Of a DNA stretch of 64,000 bases, positions 10,797 through 20,111 are shown piece by piece (the first letter of the stretch is position 1; each line of letters starts with the position of its first letter). The translations under genes were made by a program, and so were the position numbers. The stretch spans positions 416,001 through 480,000 of the forward strand of contig JBFWJS010000002.1 in NCBI GenBank assembly GCA_050253075.1, written 5' to 3'. Below the pieces are notes generated by a model. The model was given only the letters and a program-made list of their open reading frames with translations. It was not told the origin of the DNA and did no database searches. This stretch comes from Deferribacterales bacterium. GTDB taxonomy: Bacteria > Chrysiogenota > Deferribacteres > Deferribacterales > Geovibrionaceae.

Positions 10797-11340
10797 GAAA
10801 GGCTTTACCCTCATAGAGGTCCTCATCGCTCTGGTGCTCTCTTCGATGGTTCTGGCGGGGGTATATACCACATTCAGCTCTCTGCTGAACACCAAAGAAG
10901 CAACAGAAGACAGCTATTATAAGAATAACCTGCTCATATCCGCCAGAAAGCTGGTGAAGCCCGATATGATGCAGATGCATAAAGAAAGCCTGAGCATAAC
11001 CACCAGAGACGGAAATGACGCCCTTTCATTCATCACAAACAACAGCATAAAGCTCGAAAAGGCCGTCCCCGTGACCGTCACATACTACGTAGAAGATGAC
11101 TACCTGATAAGGGAAGAAAAGAATACATCCATGAACTATGAATGGAAGATGCCGCTGATAGGCAATGTGACAGAATTCAAAATTCAGTCCCACAACGGCA
11201 ACACCTTTACCGACGAATACGACAGAATGGACACCATAGTCAAAGTCACCTTTAAAGTGAAAGAATACGAAGTAGCTTTCATAGCAGGATGCGGACACCT
11301 CAGCCTTTCATCGGACTATCTGGGGGGCACATGGAACTAA
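10774..11340 (+). CDS. gspJ: Minor pseudopilin J
   Basis: GFTLIEVLIALVL; position. Confidence 0.78.
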   Translation: MSITNSSKKGFTLIEVLIALVLSSMVLAGVYTTFSSLLNTKEATEDSYYKNNLLISARKLVKPDMMQMHKESLSITTRDGNDALSFITNNSIKLEKAVPVTVTYYVEDDYLIREEKNTSMNYEWKMPLIGNVTEFKIQSHNGNTFTDEYDRMDTIVKVTFKVKEYEVAFIAGCGHLSLSSDYLGGTWN

Positions 11341-12254
11341 ACAAAAAAGGCTCCGTGCTTGTATTCGTCCTTGTGTTCATAGCATTCGCAGCATCCACTG
11401 TGCTGTTGATACACGAGCGCAGTACAAAGAGCGTCTCGGATGTATCCGAAGACTTTTATGAAAATCAGGCAAACATATACGCCATGACAGCCATGACTGC
11501 CATCAGTCAGGTTCTGGAAGATGACGACTCGTCCTTTGACTCCCGCTACGACGACTGGAACCTTATCCCGCTGGTGGAGATACCATTCGGAGTGATATCC
11601 GTATCGGTAAAACCCGTGAATGCTAAAATATCCCTGAACGGCATGCTGGACACAGACACGGCAGTGGCCGCCAGATATTTCGAAGCATGTACGAACCTTT
11701 CGGATAATCTGGAGGTAGACAGCCTTGAGTGCGGGGTAATAAAAGACTATATAGATTCAGACAGCGAACTCAGCGACGGCGGTGCGGAAAATGCCCAGTA
11801 TGAGCTGAACGGCATAACCATACGTACAAAGAACGCCCCGCTGGAAAGCCTTTATGAGCTGCGCCTGCTGATGAACAACAACGAAGAATTCTCTAAGATC
11901 AGAGACAACCTGACGGTTTTTAACCCTGAAAAGGCTATAAACATAAACTTTGCAAATGCAGAAACTATCTCTGCTCTGCTCCCCGAGCTGGAGCCGTATG
12001 CAGAGGAGATAGTCAAATATGCGGACTCGCACGAAATGAAGGACGCATCAAACATACAGGAAGCAACAGACATCCCTCAGGATATCTATGTGGCGGTGCT
12101 TCCGTACATTACAGTAAAAAGCACTTTATTTTACGTTAAGACTGAAGTAACCTTAAACGATGTTCCGCACTATTATCATGCATTGATAAAGCGCAGCGGA
12201 TCAACGGCACAGATAGTCAAATTTCTGGCAGGAATTAATGGACAATACTACTAA
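11331..12254 (+). CDS. gspK: Minor pseudopilin K
   Basis: KKGSVLVFVL (no Glu5, as typical of GspK), IKDYIDSD, ININFA; start set at MELNKK. Confidence 0.85.
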   Translation: MELNKKGSVLVFVLVFIAFAASTVLLIHERSTKSVSDVSEDFYENQANIYAMTAMTAISQVLEDDDSSFDSRYDDWNLIPLVEIPFGVISVSVKPVNAKISLNGMLDTDTAVAARYFEACTNLSDNLEVDSLECGVIKDYIDSDSELSDGGAENAQYELNGITIRTKNAPLESLYELRLLMNNNEEFSKIRDNLTVFNPEKAININFANAETISALLPELEPYAEEIVKYADSHEMKDASNIQEATDIPQDIYVAVLPYITVKSTLFYVKTEVTLNDVPHYYHALIKRSGSTAQIVKFLAGINGQYY

Positions 12255-13227
12255 ACAGTTTATTTATTTTGAGAATCAAAAGTTTTACGCTCTTACACCC
12301 GCAGGGAAACATCAGCTGGGCTCGGACGAGCTGACGAATATGAAGTCGGGCTATGTCCTCATCATATCAGACAGCGAGCTGTTCTACACCACTATGGAGT
12401 TCCCCGACGCACCAAAGCGTAAACTTGACGTATTCATATCTAACTACCTGCAGGGCACTTTCCCGGGGCAGCTTTGCAGCAGGTTCTGCTATCAGCAGAA
12501 AAACGACAAAATACTCATCGGTATATTCAGCGCATCCTTTGACGAATTCTTTCAGGAAAATTCGGCGGTCTTCTCAAAGGCGGCATACATCACATCCCCT
12601 CTGTCGGGCGTGTATGCAGAGAACGACACATTCGGATATATCGCAGGCGGTCTCCCTCTCACGGTTCAGGAGGGCATAATAGTAAACACCGCAGAAACAG
12701 AGCAAGTGCTCAGTCCGGACATGGCTCCGGCCATCACGGCTAAGCTCGTCGTCCCGTTTGTGAAGAACATGAGCTCCTCTCTGAATGTATACCGTGTGCC
12801 TGCGGCAGTACTCCTAGCGTGCTTCCTCGTCTTTTGCGTGGGTGACTATTTCAGGCTGAAAGCCTATAAGGACAAACTGGCTCAGGCGGAACTCGCCCTT
12901 GAGAACATTTATAAAAAAGCAGGAGTCGCAGGAAAACGTGACCCATACGGCATGCTCCTCGGTATGGCGGGCGGAGACGAAACAGGCGACACATACCGCA
13001 CGCTCTTCCTGCTGGAAGTGATAAGTAAATCATCCAATGAAAATATCACAGCGGAAAACCTTGATATCAAACTGAATAATGTAACAATTCAAGGGACAAG
13101 CACAGACTATACCTTCCTCGAGGAATTCCAGAAGAGTCTGGCTGACAACACTAAAAAGAATGTCAGCATTGTAGACACAGTTAAAAAGGACGAAGGGATA
13201 TCCTTCACCCTGAGGCTGGATATATGA
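12238..13227 (+). CDS. Probable GspL-like assembly platform protein
   Basis: Cytoplasmic domain, single TM, periplasmic PilN-like end; position between gspK and gspM. Confidence 0.6.
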   Translation: MDNTTKQFIYFENQKFYALTPAGKHQLGSDELTNMKSGYVLIISDSELFYTTMEFPDAPKRKLDVFISNYLQGTFPGQLCSRFCYQQKNDKILIGIFSASFDEFFQENSAVFSKAAYITSPLSGVYAENDTFGYIAGGLPLTVQEGIIVNTAETEQVLSPDMAPAITAKLVVPFVKNMSSSLNVYRVPAAVLLACFLVFCVGDYFRLKAYKDKLAQAELALENIYKKAGVAGKRDPYGMLLGMAGGDETGDTYRTLFLLEVISKSSNENITAENLDIKLNNVTIQGTSTDYTFLEEFQKSLADNTKKNVSIVDTVKKDEGISFTLRLDI

Positions 13228-13709
13228 AAAACATGAACATTAAAATAGATTTCAACAGACAGCTCGTTTTAACATACGCTGCTGTGATAGGCGGTATATT
13301 CCTGCTGTTCTACTGGACACACCTCGGGTTCGCATCCGCTATCAAAAGCACGAAGAGCAGCATCTCCACAATGGAGGAGAGGATAGAAAAGGCATCTGTA
13401 CTCGCAGCAGCCGCAAAACGCTCGGGAAACAAACAGTCAGGTATAAACACGGGTCTGCTCTCTTTCCTCCAGACCAGCGCTGAAAAGACAGGGCTCGAAG
13501 GGCGCATCGCCAGCATAAGACCAAAAACTGTCCCCGGTGCATCCGAAGCAGCCACCGTCAGGGTGGAAAATCTTAATTATAACGAGATGATAGCCTTCCT
13601 CCGCTCAGTAGAGCGATACGGAAACCTCACATCCAGCAATGTAAAGATCAATAAAAGATTCGACGATGCAGCAATGCTGAACCTGACTATGGATGTTGTG
13701 AAACGATGA
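13224..13709 (+). CDS. gspM: Type II secretion protein M
   Basis: N-terminal TM, coiled coil, ferredoxin-like C-terminus; position. Confidence 0.7.
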   Translation: MKNMNIKIDFNRQLVLTYAAVIGGIFLLFYWTHLGFASAIKSTKSSISTMEERIEKASVLAAAAKRSGNKQSGINTGLLSFLQTSAEKTGLEGRIASIRPKTVPGASEAATVRVENLNYNEMIAFLRSVERYGNLTSSNVKINKRFDDAAMLNLTMDVVKR

Positions 13710-14416
13710 AAAAACAGATAATCGCAGCATCGGTACTCTCAGTAGTAATATTCATCTTCACCCTCTGGCTCACACTGCCGTATGAGAACTTTGTATTAAA
13801 GGCTCTCACACAGACAGAGAAACAGGGTGGTATATCCATATCATTCTCCGACATATCGTCAGGTCCGCTCTCCACAACACTCGAAGAGCTGGAGCTGAAC
13901 GGAAACCCGATAGGTACTGTCAAACTTTCCTATTCACCGATTAAGCTGATAATGGGCAAGGTGGGGTATAGAACATCAGGCGCAGTGAACGCAGCAGGGA
14001 TACTCTCCTCCGACGACATCACTTTCAAAGGGAGAGTCAGCTCAGGGCTGATAAACGGGCTCACCGATGAACTCAGCATCACGGGAGACCTGCAGGCAGA
14101 CATAAAGGCAAACCCTGAAACAAACAGAGCGGGATTTGCCGTATTTGCTGAAAAACTGAAGCTGAACACACCTATGGGACCGATGGATTTTGAAAAAGTA
14201 ACCGCAGAAGCAGTTCTGGGCGACAACCGTCTCACCATAAACAAGCTGACATCAGAAGACAGCATGGAGCTTAATCTTAAAGGAACCGTAAGGTTTAACC
14301 CGAAAGATATGACACGCTCCCTTGTGGATATGAGCGGTACGGTTAATTTTCTGGGAGAGCAGAAACAGCTTACCCTGAAAGGGCTCGCCGACAACATTCA
14401 GCCGTCAATCAGATAA
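13706..14416 (+). CDS. gspN: Probable type II secretion protein N
   Basis: N-terminal TM followed by LTLPY and beta-rich domain; last gene of the cluster. Confidence 0.65.
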   Translation: MKKQIIAASVLSVVIFIFTLWLTLPYENFVLKALTQTEKQGGISISFSDISSGPLSTTLEELELNGNPIGTVKLSYSPIKLIMGKVGYRTSGAVNAAGILSSDDITFKGRVSSGLINGLTDELSITGDLQADIKANPETNRAGFAVFAEKLKLNTPMGPMDFEKVTAEAVLGDNRLTINKLTSEDSMELNLKGTVRFNPKDMTRSLVDMSGTVNFLGEQKQLTLKGLADNIQPSIR

Positions 14417-15760
14417 ACGTTCGAAATAGTAATAGATGTTTCCGTCCAGTTCACGGCGGAGCATGTATGCTTTATCCGAGCTGTTCACAACCTTGGCAAA
14501 TCTGTATATTTCTCTGCCGTCAGGCGTCTGCAGAGCACCCTTTTTAAAGTCGAATCTGTGGTCGCATTCGGCGGGCATTTCGTCCACCTTATGGGTATCG
14601 CCTTTTGCAGATATGTATTTCACGCTGTTGTCAAAGTCTCTGAAATATGCCCTGCCGTCATTCAGGCAGAGCTTTTTATCATTGGAGGCAAGTGCAAGGG
14701 ACTTTTTATATGTCAATGTGGTGTCTATGAAGTTTACCACACCCTCTTTCTTCAGAAATATCATCCCGTCACGTATAAGCCCGCTGTCGGCATCCGCAGG
14801 GGATTCATAGGCTATGTCCAGCCCGAAAATATAACCATCGCAAAAGAGCATCCCGCCACGTTTAAGGAAGAAGCAGCCGTCTTTCGCCTGAACGCTTTCG
14901 GCCTGTTTTATCTCGCCGGATTCATAATCTGCGGTCAGCTTCATCAGCTTATTATCCTCGTCATAGACGTATATGTCGTCCCCTTCGTAATAAAGCTGTT
15001 TAAATTTGACCGTGTCGTGGTATATGGCTCTGTATTTACCTGACCGTGCGCTCATAATGGCTATCTTGCCGTTTTCATTTGCGAACATTATGTTGTTTCC
15101 AGAAAGGCTGCCCGCTACGACAGCACCGAGAAAACTTCCCGAAGAAACCTTTGCAACATGCTTATTATCATAAAGCTCGAAAGCGTTATTCGTGAATTCC
15201 AGCATAAAGTTATTTGAAAGGCTGAATCCCGTGTGCAGGGATGATGTCTCGTATATCACTCCGCACTGGGAAATGTCCGCCAGCACGGTCTTATTTACCC
15301 CTGTCACGAGGACGATATCCCCCTCCATCTTCATGGAGAGATACTTATCCTCAGGGAGAAACATTTTCGGACATTCGGTTCTGTTTGTTTCCAGCTCTGA
15401 GCCTTTTAAAAGTGTGAAACGCCCGTTCTCATAGTCGAGGTCGATCACATCGTCTGCGATGTGCTTCACTGTCGGTTCGAGAGTATATTTCACTATGGAG
15501 GAAAGAGTTATATCTGAATCTGGCATGGTCTTCATGAATTCGTCAGGGTCGGCACCCGCCACCAGACCTTTCTTTATGTTATAGCTGACGCTGTGCGTAT
15601 CAAGTCTTTCCACAGGTGCAGTTGCAGCACAAGCATTAAGCAGCAGCAGCATAAGCACCGCATTGCCCATACGGAAAAATCTGAGGATCTTAGTACGCTT
15701 CTTCAGCCTGGGATACACCTTCGACATAAGCTCCCTCTTCTCAGCATCTGTAATTTCCAT
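14405..15760 (-). CDS. Hypothetical lipoprotein, beta-rich (possible propeller)
   Basis: Lipobox-like LLLLNAC after a long basic N-region; start uncertain (15760 or 15670). Confidence 0.55.
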   Translation of the reverse strand: MEITDAEKRELMSKVYPRLKKRTKILRFFRMGNAVLMLLLLNACAATAPVERLDTHSVSYNIKKGLVAGADPDEFMKTMPDSDITLSSIVKYTLEPTVKHIADDVIDLDYENGRFTLLKGSELETNRTECPKMFLPEDKYLSMKMEGDIVLVTGVNKTVLADISQCGVIYETSSLHTGFSLSNNFMLEFTNNAFELYDNKHVAKVSSGSFLGAVVAGSLSGNNIMFANENGKIAIMSARSGKYRAIYHDTVKFKQLYYEGDDIYVYDEDNKLMKLTADYESGEIKQAESVQAKDGCFFLKRGGMLFCDGYIFGLDIAYESPADADSGLIRDGMIFLKKEGVVNFIDTTLTYKKSLALASNDKKLCLNDGRAYFRDFDNSVKYISAKGDTHKVDEMPAECDHRFDFKKGALQTPDGREIYRFAKVVNSSDKAYMLRRELDGNIYYYFERLSD

Positions 15761-15770
15761 CGTTTTCCGA

Positions 15771-16625
15771 TCAGAAACCAATGAACCTCACCTCTTTTTC
15801 AAGCTGTACGCCTGTTTCCTTCAGCACAGTTTCCTGCACATGGTTTATAAGGTCATAAATGTCTTTCGACTTTGCCTTTCCGACATTTACTATAAAGTTA
15901 GCATGTTTTTCGGAGATTTGCGCTCCGCCTATTTTAAAACCTTTCAGCCCGCACTGCTCTATCAGCGCACCTGCATAGTTCCCCTCGGGGCGTTTGAAAA
16001 CAGACCCGCATGAAGGATACTCCAGAGGCTGTTTCTCAGCACGTTTCGCCAGTATCTCGGCACGCTTCGCCTTAAGCTCTGCCTTGTCAGCATGCTCCAG
16101 TTTCAGCCCGAGCCCTGTCACGATACCGCTCAGGTTCTCCGCCTTTCTGTATCCGAAGCCCGCTTCCTCAGCGGGGACGCTCTTTATCACGCCGTCGTAT
16201 CCGCACATCTCCACAGTGATGGCGATGTCCTTTATCTCAGTGCCGAATGCGCCCGCATTCATCATGACTGCTCCGCCCACAGAGCCGGGGATGCCGGACA
16301 TATTCTCTATCCCTGCGAGCCCCGCTTCCACGCACTGCTCTATCAGAGCATCCAGACGGACACCTGCGCCTGCGTATACGAGGTCGTTTTCTATCTGTAC
16401 TTCGTCATTCATACATCTGGTGCTGATGACGAGCCCTTTCACGCCCTTGTCGCTTATCAGCACGTTGTTCCCCGTGCCTATCAGAGTGACGGCTATGCCG
16501 TTGTCCGATGCAAATTTCAGTAGTACTTTAAGGTCGAATGTATCTGTCGGGCAGGAGAAAAACTCCGCCTTTCCGCCAGTTTTATAACTGCAGTAATCTT
16601 TCAGTGAAACTTTTTTATCAATCAT
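15771..16625 (-). CDS. murB: UDP-N-acetylenolpyruvoylglucosamine reductase
   Basis: GIPGSVGGAVMMNAGAFG, QPLEYPSCGSVFKRP, SEKHANFIVN, LEKEV. Confidence 0.96.
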   Translation of the reverse strand: MIDKKVSLKDYCSYKTGGKAEFFSCPTDTFDLKVLLKFASDNGIAVTLIGTGNNVLISDKGVKGLVISTRCMNDEVQIENDLVYAGAGVRLDALIEQCVEAGLAGIENMSGIPGSVGGAVMMNAGAFGTEIKDIAITVEMCGYDGVIKSVPAEEAGFGYRKAENLSGIVTGLGLKLEHADKAELKAKRAEILAKRAEKQPLEYPSCGSVFKRPEGNYAGALIEQCGLKGFKIGGAQISEKHANFIVNVGKAKSKDIYDLINHVQETVLKETGVQLEKEVRFIGF

Positions 16626-17415
16626 TTTTACTTATCTTTGTCCCTGCGAGAGCCGTCGGGCATCCGCATGTCCTGTCTTCGTTAAAATATACGGGTATCA
16701 TGGAAACTATGCTTTTCAGCTTTTCCATGGCTTTACCCATCTCTTCCACAACCTCGTCGGCTGTCAGCTTCGTTTTGGAAGTGCCCGCCGCATAGTTTGT
16801 TATCACGCTGATGTTTGCATAGCATAGCTCTATCTCACGGGCGAGAGCACACTCGGGGAAGAGGGTCATGCCCACAAGGTCTGCACCCCATCTGTCGAAT
16901 GCTTTGATCTCTGCCGCAGTTTCCAGCCTCGGGCCGTTGGTGCATATGTACGTACCTTTGGTCGCAACATCCACGTCTGCGGATTCCGCCGCATTTTCAA
17001 GCACGCCTCTCAGCCTCGGGCAGAATGGCTCTGTGAAGTCTATGTGGTTGATGAGCCCGCCGTCATAGTATGTATGCTGACGGCCGTTTGTCATGTCTAT
17101 GCCGTCGTCGGGTATTATTATATCGCCCGGCTTATATGAGCTGTTTATACCGCCTGTGGCAGTGATGGAAACTATATGGCTGATACCGAGGCGTTTGAAT
17201 CCGTCGATGTTCGCCCTGTAGTTTACCTTATGGGGCGGTATGGAGTGCTTTCTGCCATGCCTGTTGAGGAAGTAGAAACGCACATCGTTGTAGGTGAAAA
17301 CACGGTAAGTGTCCGAGGGCTCACCATACTCTGTCTGCATGATGATCTCTTCCTGATATTCGAATCCTTCGATATCGTAAAGTCCGCTTCCGCCGATGAT
17401 TCCGAGCTTTCTCAT
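16618..17415 (-). CDS. mtnP: Methylthioadenosine/methylthioinosine phosphorylase
   Basis: GIIGGSGLY, RHGRKHSIPPHKVNYRANI, GPRLETAAE, VGMT. Confidence 0.88.
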   Translation of the reverse strand: MRKLGIIGGSGLYDIEGFEYQEEIIMQTEYGEPSDTYRVFTYNDVRFYFLNRHGRKHSIPPHKVNYRANIDGFKRLGISHIVSITATGGINSSYKPGDIIIPDDGIDMTNGRQHTYYDGGLINHIDFTEPFCPRLRGVLENAAESADVDVATKGTYICTNGPRLETAAEIKAFDRWGADLVGMTLFPECALAREIELCYANISVITNYAAGTSKTKLTADEVVEEMGKAMEKLKSIVSMIPVYFNEDRTCGCPTALAGTKISKND

Positions 17416-18080
17416 GATTTCTCCATCTCGATCTTACGATCACAGGCACCTGCTATGCCCTCGTCGTGGGTTACTATCAGAACGGTGATGCCGTCCTGCT
17501 TCATAATGTCGAACATGCTGAGAACCTCTTCGCTGTTCTTCTTATCCAGACTGCCCGTAGGCTCGTCTGCGAGTATCATCCTCGGCTTGTTCATCAGGGC
17601 ACGGGCTATGGACGTACGCTGCTGTTCGCCCCCCGAAAGCTCGGTTGGGAAGTGCGTAGACCTGTCTGCCAGTCCCACACGGGTCAGCAGCTCCATAGCT
17701 CTGTCATGAGCCTCTGCTCTGCCCGTACCTGCTATCAGTGCGGGTATCATGACATTTTCCAAAGCGGTAAAGTCTTCCAGCAGATAATGAAACTGAAACA
17801 CGAAACCGACAGCATCATTGCGGTATCTGTCGAGATGCTTCCCCTTTTTCTCAAGGATGTTTTCACCCTCGAACATTATGACACCGCTGTCGGGCTTGTC
17901 CAGCCCTCCGATGATCTGGAGCAGGGTCGATTTCCCCGCACCCGAAGGTCCGACGATGGCAACACGCTCGCCCGCCTCTACCTTCATGCAGAAATCTTTT
18001 AATACATCAAGAGCATAGTGCCCTTTTACAAAGCTTTTATTGAGATTGATTATTTCAAGCAATTTAAAATCCTTTGCCAA
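17412..18080 (-). CDS. lolD: ABC transporter ATP-binding protein, LolD-like
   Basis: GPSGAGKST, GFVFQFHYLL, LSGGEQQR, LADEPTG; no permease adjacent. Confidence 0.75.
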   Translation of the reverse strand: MAKDFKLLEIINLNKSFVKGHYALDVLKDFCMKVEAGERVAIVGPSGAGKSTLLQIIGGLDKPDSGVIMFEGENILEKKGKHLDRYRNDAVGFVFQFHYLLEDFTALENVMIPALIAGTGRAEAHDRAMELLTRVGLADRSTHFPTELSGGEQQRTSIARALMNKPRMILADEPTGSLDKKNSEEVLSMFDIMKQDGITVLIVTHDEGIAGACDRKIEMEKS

Positions 18081-18152
18081 GATTGCAGGCGCACGCCTAC
18101 AGTAGAAATACTAATACAATTAGAAGGAAAAATCACCCGTTTTAGGGGAAAA

Positions 18153-18731
18153 TCAGGAACTTAATTCTTTGAGTGAGTTTTTGAAAAGTTCTTCGAAAGA
18201 GGCGTCAGGCTTATACACCTTATTCACGGCTTTTTGACAGTCAGCTCTGGTGTAGCCGAGGTTAAGGAGTGCGCTGACGACATCCTCCGCACCTGAGGCC
18301 GCAGGTGAATTATCATCCGCAACGCTCATGCTGCCGAATTTATCCCTGAGCTCTACAACGATGCGCTCGGCGGTCTTTTTACCTATGCCGGGTATGGTGG
18401 AGATAAGACCTATCTCGCTGTTCATAACGGCATTCATGAATTTATTAACGTCCATGCCCGAGAGTATCGCCAGAGCGAGCTTCGGACCGACCTTTGATAT
18501 AGTGATAAGCAGGAGGAATAATCTCTTCTCCTCCATCTTTGAAAATCCGTAGAGATACACGCCGTCCTCACGCATTACAAAATGGGTATAGACGTGTGCC
18601 TTATGACCTGTCTCGGGGAGATGCTGATATGTAGACGCTGAGATGCTCATTTCAAACGCTACGGCACCTGTGTCTATCACGGCGCTTGCGGGGCTTTTCT
18701 CTATGAGTGTTCCTCTGACGCTGTATATCAT
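18153..18731 (-). CDS. ruvA: Holliday junction branch migration protein RuvA
   Basis: VMREDGVYLYGF, HhH motifs KVGPKLA and GIGKKTAERI, ALLNLGY. Confidence 0.95.
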   Translation of the reverse strand: MIYSVRGTLIEKSPASAVIDTGAVAFEMSISASTYQHLPETGHKAHVYTHFVMREDGVYLYGFSKMEEKRLFLLLITISKVGPKLALAILSGMDVNKFMNAVMNSEIGLISTIPGIGKKTAERIVVELRDKFGSMSVADDNSPAASGAEDVVSALLNLGYTRADCQKAVNKVYKPDASFEELFKNSLKELSS

Positions 18732-18741
18732 ATCATCACCT

Positions 18742-19233
18742 TTAAAATACTGCTCTGCCGGATATGTTAAACCCGAGGCATATTCCGCATGCGAGGGCAT
18801 CTGTGGCGTCCAGAGGTACATTGCCGATCTGCTTACCCAGAAGCACCTCGACCATCTTCTTCACCTGCTGCTTATCCGCCTTTCCGTATCCTACCACGGC
18901 TTTCTTTATCTGCAGAGCGGTATATTCACGCACATCCACCTCGCCAGCCAGCAGTGTCGCTATGATAGCGCCTCTGGTCTGTCCGAGGAGCATTGCGCTC
19001 TTCACGTTTACAGAATAGAAAACATCCTCGACGGCAGCATATTTAGGCTGATACTCCTTGAGTGCCAGCCTTATCCCGTCGCATATCATCCCCAGCCTCT
19101 TCGGCAGGGGATCCTTAGAGTCTGTGCGCACCACACCGTGGGCAACGTGTTCCACCTTGCCCGGCCAAACCTGTATAATACCTATACCGGTACAGTTCAG
19201 CCCGGGGTCTACGCCCATGACTATCTCAGGCAA
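18742..19233 (-). CDS. ruvC: Crossover junction endodeoxyribonuclease RuvC
   Basis: MGVDPGL, LGQTRG, IKKAVVGYGKADK, DATDALA. Confidence 0.96.
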   Translation of the reverse strand: MPEIVMGVDPGLNCTGIGIIQVWPGKVEHVAHGVVRTDSKDPLPKRLGMICDGIRLALKEYQPKYAAVEDVFYSVNVKSAMLLGQTRGAIIATLLAGEVDVREYTALQIKKAVVGYGKADKQQVKKMVEVLLGKQIGNVPLDATDALACGICLGFNISGRAVF

Positions 19234-19983
19234 TTAATCCTCGAGCTCGGCCATAGCGGCTTCGTCAGCCTCGAAGTTAGAGAAAACTTCCTGAACATCG
19301 TCGAGGTCTTCGAGAGCATCTGTGATGTTGAAGAGCTTTCTGAGGTCTTCGCCGGAAAGAGGCGTCTTGTTCTTCGGCTTCATAGAAACTTCTGAGAAGC
19401 TCATCTCTATCCCCTTTTCTTCGATAACGCCCTTCACTGTGAAGTATTCGGACGGCTCGGTAACGACCTGGAAAACATCGCCTTCGTCGAGAACATCTTC
19501 TGCGCCCGCCTCAAGTGCAAGGTCCATAAGTGTCTCTTCGTCCACGCTCTCTTTGCTGATCTCGATGAGACCTTTATTTTCGAACATCCAAGCGACACAG
19601 CCCGGCTCGCCCATGTTTCCGCCTTTTTTGCTCATGGTGCTGCGCACTTCTGCCACTGTTCTGTTTTTATTATCTGTCAGAGCTTTAACGAGTATAGCAA
19701 CTCCGCCCGGACCGTAGCCTTCGTATACCATATCTTCGAATATAGCGTCGTTTCCTTCGCCTGTACCCTTTTTAATAGCTCTTTCTACATTGTCTTTCGG
19801 CATGTTGCATGATCTGGCTTTATCAAGTGCCACTCTGAGTCTTGGGTTCATCTCAGGGTCTGCTCCGCCTATCTTTGCTGCAACGGTAAGTTCTTTTGCG
19901 ACCTTTGTGAAAGCCTTGCCTTTTTTTGCATCCTGCGCCGCTTTACGGTGCTTAATGTTGGCCCATTTACTATGTCCAGCCAT
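19234..19983 (-). CDS. yebC: YebC/PmpR family protein
   Basis: MAGHSKWANIKHRKAAQD, YEGYGPGG, DDVQEVFSN. Confidence 0.96.
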   Translation of the reverse strand: MAGHSKWANIKHRKAAQDAKKGKAFTKVAKELTVAAKIGGADPEMNPRLRVALDKARSCNMPKDNVERAIKKGTGEGNDAIFEDMVYEGYGPGGVAILVKALTDNKNRTVAEVRSTMSKKGGNMGEPGCVAWMFENKGLIEISKESVDEETLMDLALEAGAEDVLDEGDVFQVVTEPSEYFTVKGVIEEKGIEMSFSEVSMKPKNKTPLSGEDLRKLFNITDALEDLDDVQEVFSNFEADEAAMAELED

Positions 19984-20073
19984 CATTTCCTCCAGCTCTA
20001 TATACTTAGTATGATTATTTTCGGGGTGAATCGGATGATGATTATACGAAAAAAAGGTAGAATAATCAAATAT

Positions 20074-20103
20074 AAAAAAAGGCGGGGTGGTGTTCCCCGC
20101 CTT
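20074..20103 (-). terminator. Intrinsic terminator after MCP gene
   Basis: Minus strand AAGGCGGGG-loop-CCCCGCCTT followed by T run. Confidence 0.8.
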
Positions 20104-20111
20104 ATCAGCTT

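Noticed and set aside
3717..14416. Type IV pilus or defective T2SS because no prepilin peptidase is present
   Set aside because: GspG, GspK, GspC and GspD signatures indicate T2SS; the peptidase is commonly encoded elsewhere.
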